Of a stretch of 64,000 nucleotides of DNA, positions 61,040-64,000 are shown piece after piece. Source of the DNA: an uncultured Planctomycetia bacterium (GTDB taxonomy: Bacteria; Omnitrophota; Gorgyraeia; 1-14-0-20-64-10); contig CAZQXN010000002.1 of NCBI GenBank assembly GCA_964597545.1, positions 88,234-152,233 of the forward strand, written 5' to 3'. The number at the start of each line of letters is the position of its first letter. Position 1 is the stretch's first letter. The notes under the pieces were generated by a model. That model worked only from the letters and a program-made list of their open reading frames with translations. It ran no database searches and was not told the origin of the DNA. Made by a program: the position numbers and the translations under genes.

Positions 61040-64000
61040 CTCTAACATTCGCACAATACGTTGGATTCGCCTCAGCGCCTGGATTACTTTCCAGGCGCTG
61101 ATTGTTACCGGCCTTTCTTCTGCCTTTGCCGAACCAAAAGCCAGTATCGGGTACAAGCTTGTACCCGATACTGAAGCGCTGCGAGCGCCCCAGCGCCAAG
61201 AGGGCGGGCTTGAGGAGATCCAAACATCCCTGTCCGCCGGCCAGGAGGAGATGCCTACCCGGTCTGAAGGGGCGTTTGATGTTGTGGATGGCCCCACCAC
61301 GTTGGTGAAGAATTTGCCCTCAGATACTACCCCTGAACGGCCCTACCGGGGAGATGTGGCGAGTTCAGTCCTAGGATTGGCCGACAAGATTCTGCCGAGG
61401 CGGGTTGATACCCAGATTGCCTTTGTGGCGGTGTACAACGATGCGGGGATCGCTGATTCCTTTGTGTTCGACATCGCAGATCCCATCGCCAGTGTCCGCG
61501 ACTTTGCCGAGGCCAAGGGGATTGCGCTTGATCAGCTTATGGTTGCCATGGATGTGAGCTCTTCTGCGGTCAACACCGAATGGCTCCCCGATGCGCTGGT
61601 GGAGATCGGAATCCCCCGAGACAACATCATCGCTTTCCCCCAGATCCAGCAGGCGATCAACGTGGCCCTCAACAACAATCCCCGCCGGAAGCTGCATGAG
61701 CGCTCCCCGTGGTTTACCAAGTCGTTCGACATCTTGATTGGGAGTGTGGGGGCAACCGAAGTGTCCGGATGGATCAATGCCATTGCGCCCCTGCCCGGCG
61801 TGCACGCCCGCCTTTTCTTTGCACCATCTGCCGCCCGAAAGGGTCCTCGTCAAGCCCGAGATATGGACTCCCTTTACAGCATGCGGTTGACGAATCAGAG
61901 GAATGTTGCCGGCGAGCGAAGGACGACGTTCGAACTGGCGGATCTGGTTGACATGGGTGACCCCCACAAGATGTACGCCTCCACCCTGGTGACCGGCTAC
62001 ATGAATATTCCGGGAATAGAGTATGACACCATGGGGGTGACCACTTACACCAAGGTGTTTCAGCAGGGGTGCGATCCGGTCATCTTGGTGGATCGTTTCA
62101 ACTACGCGATCTCAAGGCAGGATGCCCGGGCGCAAGCCATCGCTGTCACTGAGGGTTTCGAGGGGCGGTATCCAGACGTTTACGAGTGGCTGCTGCATCA
62201 TGGGGGATCGATTCCGCCTCGTCCGGTCCAGCACGACGTCGTTAAAGCGGCTTCAGCTGCAGCGATCCCGACTCAGTGGGACAAATCCGGATGGCCGGAG
62301 GAGTTTTTGGGGCTGAGTCTGGTTTCCTCCCGGGGGTATGACCTTCAAGGCAATCCTGTAAAGACGCCGTTTCCCATCCGGGGCGACGGACACCGGGATA
62401 CCCAGGCCGCTGCCATTGCCTCCGGCTGGCTGCGCGGAATAGCAATCGGCGGCCAAGTGGATGCTGAGCAAGCCAAGCAGGCGGCCGACCGGCTTGCGCG
62501 GGATGCCATGGGCGAGAGGATAGCGTTGAACCCTGCCCCCCACCCAGTGACAGTGGGGGCCTTTGAGGGGGCCAGAGACGGTTCTGCTTCCTGGAAATAT
62601 GGGATGGTGCTGGACGCCGGCCAGGAGGAGCGCTCAGAGCTTCAGCAGAGGGTGGCCGAGGTGCCGAAAGGGAGCCTGTTTCTGCCCCTGGAGCTTGGCG
62701 GCACGACCCTAAGGGCTGCCCTGGCGGATGCGGGGACGAATGAGGTGCTTACATCGTTGGAGCGCGAATGGAAGTTTCTTCCCGGAAGCAAGCCGAGCGG
62801 CTCAGAGAATATAGCCCCCGTGAATGAACAGATCCGCGCTCTCGTTGAGGAGCTCACCCGTTTGGCGGGAATCGACATTCAGGATGTGAGCCGCTTGCCG
62901 ATCAGCGCCACAGGGGAGTTTAACGAAGGGACGACCGGGGGCACTTTTGAACGGCGGGCCGGGTATGTCCGGCTTCAGTTTTATTTGCCCTATACCAGGC
63001 TCAATATGCTGGCACACATTGCGGGCACTCTGGGTGTCGCAGAGGATCGGTTCAGTCTGTACAGCGATGTAAAAACCGCCCTCGTTGCTGAGGAGCGTTT
63101 CGGAGGGCACGGTTTAGGGCCGGGCAGGGCAGGGTATCTGACGGTCAGCACCGGCGTCGATTTGGCCCTGATGAGCACAGACGGCGAGCCCATTCCCATA
63201 GAGCTGGAGCAGTACCCTGTGAGCGGCGGTAAGAATGTCGGACACTTCGCCTCAGGAGCCCACTTGGCCGGCTTGGCAAGGGAGGAGATTGGACGCACCG
63301 GGGATAGCGTCATCATGGAGTTGGTGGGTGATGACCCCTCCCAGATCGACACTCAGGTCTTGGGTCAAGCATTTCGAGCAGGAAGCGCGCTTGCCATTCG
63401 GTTGTACCAGCAGGCGGCTCAAGTCATAGGAGAGGCCATTGTTCAGGCGGTCCAGAAAGAGGAAGACCACCTCGCAAGGGAAGGGGGCCTTCGAATCGTT
63501 GCCGGCGGCGGGGTCATAGAAGGGGTTAACAGTTTTATGCCGCTGAGCGGTTCTGAGCGGCGCACCATGGTCACAATGCTTCAGGATGCCGTGGATGGCG
63601 CTCGCTATTCTGCCGGCATGGAAAGAGAGATTGAGATCGCGCTTTCTCGGTTGAAGCCCAACCACCGCGGTTTGCTTGGAGCTGTGGCGCTGGCCAGCGC
63701 CGGCCTGGAGGAGACGCCCGCCGCTTCTCTGGCTCATAAGATTACCCAGAATCTCAGCGGCGACATCGCCTCTCTGCTGCCGGCCCTGCAGATTCAAAGC
63801 ATGGATTTTATGGAAAGCGGAATTCCCGGGTGGGAGCGGCTGGTTTATACCCTTGCCGACGGATCCCACTGGAGGGGCGGCATCGTGCATGAGGATGTCC
63901 CGCGCGATCAGATTCATAAGACCGCCGCTGTCAGCCCCGGCAGCATGGTAAGGGGGGCTGCTACCCGGCTGAAGGCAGGCGCCACGGTCCTCAATACCGC
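61032..64000 (+). CDS. Giant secreted GLEE-motif protein, 3'-partial and absent from the ORF track: permuted GlpX-like, ROK and start of a beta-helix-like domain
   Basis: Manual translation from TTG 61032 shows no stop to the window end: MGHSNIRTIRWIRLSAWITFQALIVTGLSSAFA|EPK...LRAPQRQEGGLEE. ROK motifs LELGGT, TVSTGV, AGGGV, GLLGA. The signal peptide is paralogous to that of 45821. Confidence 0.88.
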   Translation, partial: MGHSNIRTIRWIRLSAWITFQALIVTGLSSAFAEPKASIGYKLVPDTEALRAPQRQEGGLEEIQTSLSAGQEEMPTRSEGAFDVVDGPTTLVKNLPSDTTPERPYRGDVASSVLGLADKILPRRVDTQIAFVAVYNDAGIADSFVFDIADPIASVRDFAEAKGIALDQLMVAMDVSSSAVNTEWLPDALVEIGIPRDNIIAFPQIQQAINVALNNNPRRKLHERSPWFTKSFDILIGSVGATEVSGWINAIAPLPGVHARLFFAPSAARKGPRQARDMDSLYSMRLTNQRNVAGERRTTFELADLVDMGDPHKMYASTLVTGYMNIPGIEYDTMGVTTYTKVFQQGCDPVILVDRFNYAISRQDARAQAIAVTEGFEGRYPDVYEWLLHHGGSIPPRPVQHDVVKAASAAAIPTQWDKSGWPEEFLGLSLVSSRGYDLQGNPVKTPFPIRGDGHRDTQAAAIASGWLRGIAIGGQVDAEQAKQAADRLARDAMGERIALNPAPHPVTVGAFEGARDGSASWKYGMVLDAGQEERSELQQRVAEVPKGSLFLPLELGGTTLRAALADAGTNEVLTSLEREWKFLPGSKPSGSENIAPVNEQIRALVEELTRLAGIDIQDVSRLPISATGEFNEGTTGGTFERRAGYVRLQFYLPYTRLNMLAHIAGTLGVAEDRFSLYSDVKTALVAEERFGGHGLGPGRAGYLTVSTGVDLALMSTDGEPIPIELEQYPVSGGKNVGHFASGAHLAGLAREEIGRTGDSVIMELVGDDPSQIDTQVLGQAFRAGSALAIRLYQQAAQVIGEAIVQAVQKEEDHLAREGGLRIVAGGGVIEGVNSFMPLSGSERRTMVTMLQDAVDGARYSAGMEREIEIALSRLKPNHRGLLGAVALASAGLEETPAASLAHKITQNLSGDIASLLPALQIQSMDFMESGIPGWERLVYTLADGSHWRGGIVHEDVPRDQIHKTAAVSPGSMVRGAATRLKAGATVLNT
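61142..61173. repeat. Perfect 32-bp palindrome in frame after the signal peptide
   Basis: cagtatcgggtacaag|cttgtacccgatactg; its arm differs by 1 nt from the RAYT-flanking stem gtaccgggtaca. Confidence 0.92.

Noticed and set aside
61016-61045. ATG 61016 as the start of the last giant gene
   Set aside because: That frame stops after 9 codons (MGTVHFGTL); the long frame starts at TTG 61032.
58451-61253. GLEE/GQEE codons (GGAGGAG) as internal Shine-Dalgarno sites, with ATG following at 58466 and 61251
   Set aside because: Spacing to the ATG is too short, many copies use GAA codons, and most have no nearby start codon. Not excluded for individual sites.
45246-62630. The motif as purely a DNA recombination site (cgccggccaggaggag at 45246, 61235, 62615)
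   Set aside because: Most other copies use different synonymous codons, which indicates protein-level constraint. Kept only as a secondary hypothesis.
62631-63698. Circular permutation of the ROK domains (here and at ~2540-3540), the galactokinase-like domain and the kinase-like domain
   Set aside because: Their motifs are in canonical order, so permutation is not universal among motif-bounded units.
36505-64000. Inteins or Hint domains as the splicing mechanism
   Set aside because: No C/S...HN-C/S/T intein boundaries were recognised at the motif sites.

Overview
High-GC bacterial window, most likely Ca. Omnitrophota/OP3 or a related lineage (inferred from the giant secreted proteins and the HIQDAH domain; not confirmed). 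It has three layers. (1) Five large to giant proteins (<8-4141, 4229-7537, 36505-45774, 45821-61009, and 61032->64000, the last missing from the ORF track). The four whose starts are visible have a signal peptide and an LRxxQ...GLEE leader. Each is a string of mostly cytoplasmic-type enzyme domains (GlmS, GlmU-like, YvcK/CofD-like, ROK, GHMP kinase, nucleotide-sugar dehydrogenase-like, ATP-grasp, HAD, GlpX-like), separated by a recurrent [AGST]G[LQ]EE peptide. At least three domains (one GlpX-like, two HAD) are circularly permuted with the break at that motif. A stand-alone secreted EreA/ChaN/TIKI-like protein just upstream is a candidate processing enzyme. Together these suggest an undescribed polyprotein cleavage or cyclisation system. 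(2) A GlcNAc/oligosaccharide utilisation region: nagB, DUF4954, nagA, a ROK regulator, a GH94 phosphorylase, ABC permeases and six CBM11-like domains, plus a putative chaperone/usher-like operon. (3) A REP-associated tyrosine transposase and several palindromic repeat families, some inserted in frame right after the giant proteins' signal peptides. No rRNA, tRNA or CRISPR array was seen. Domain calls come from motif recognition by eye, not from database searches.
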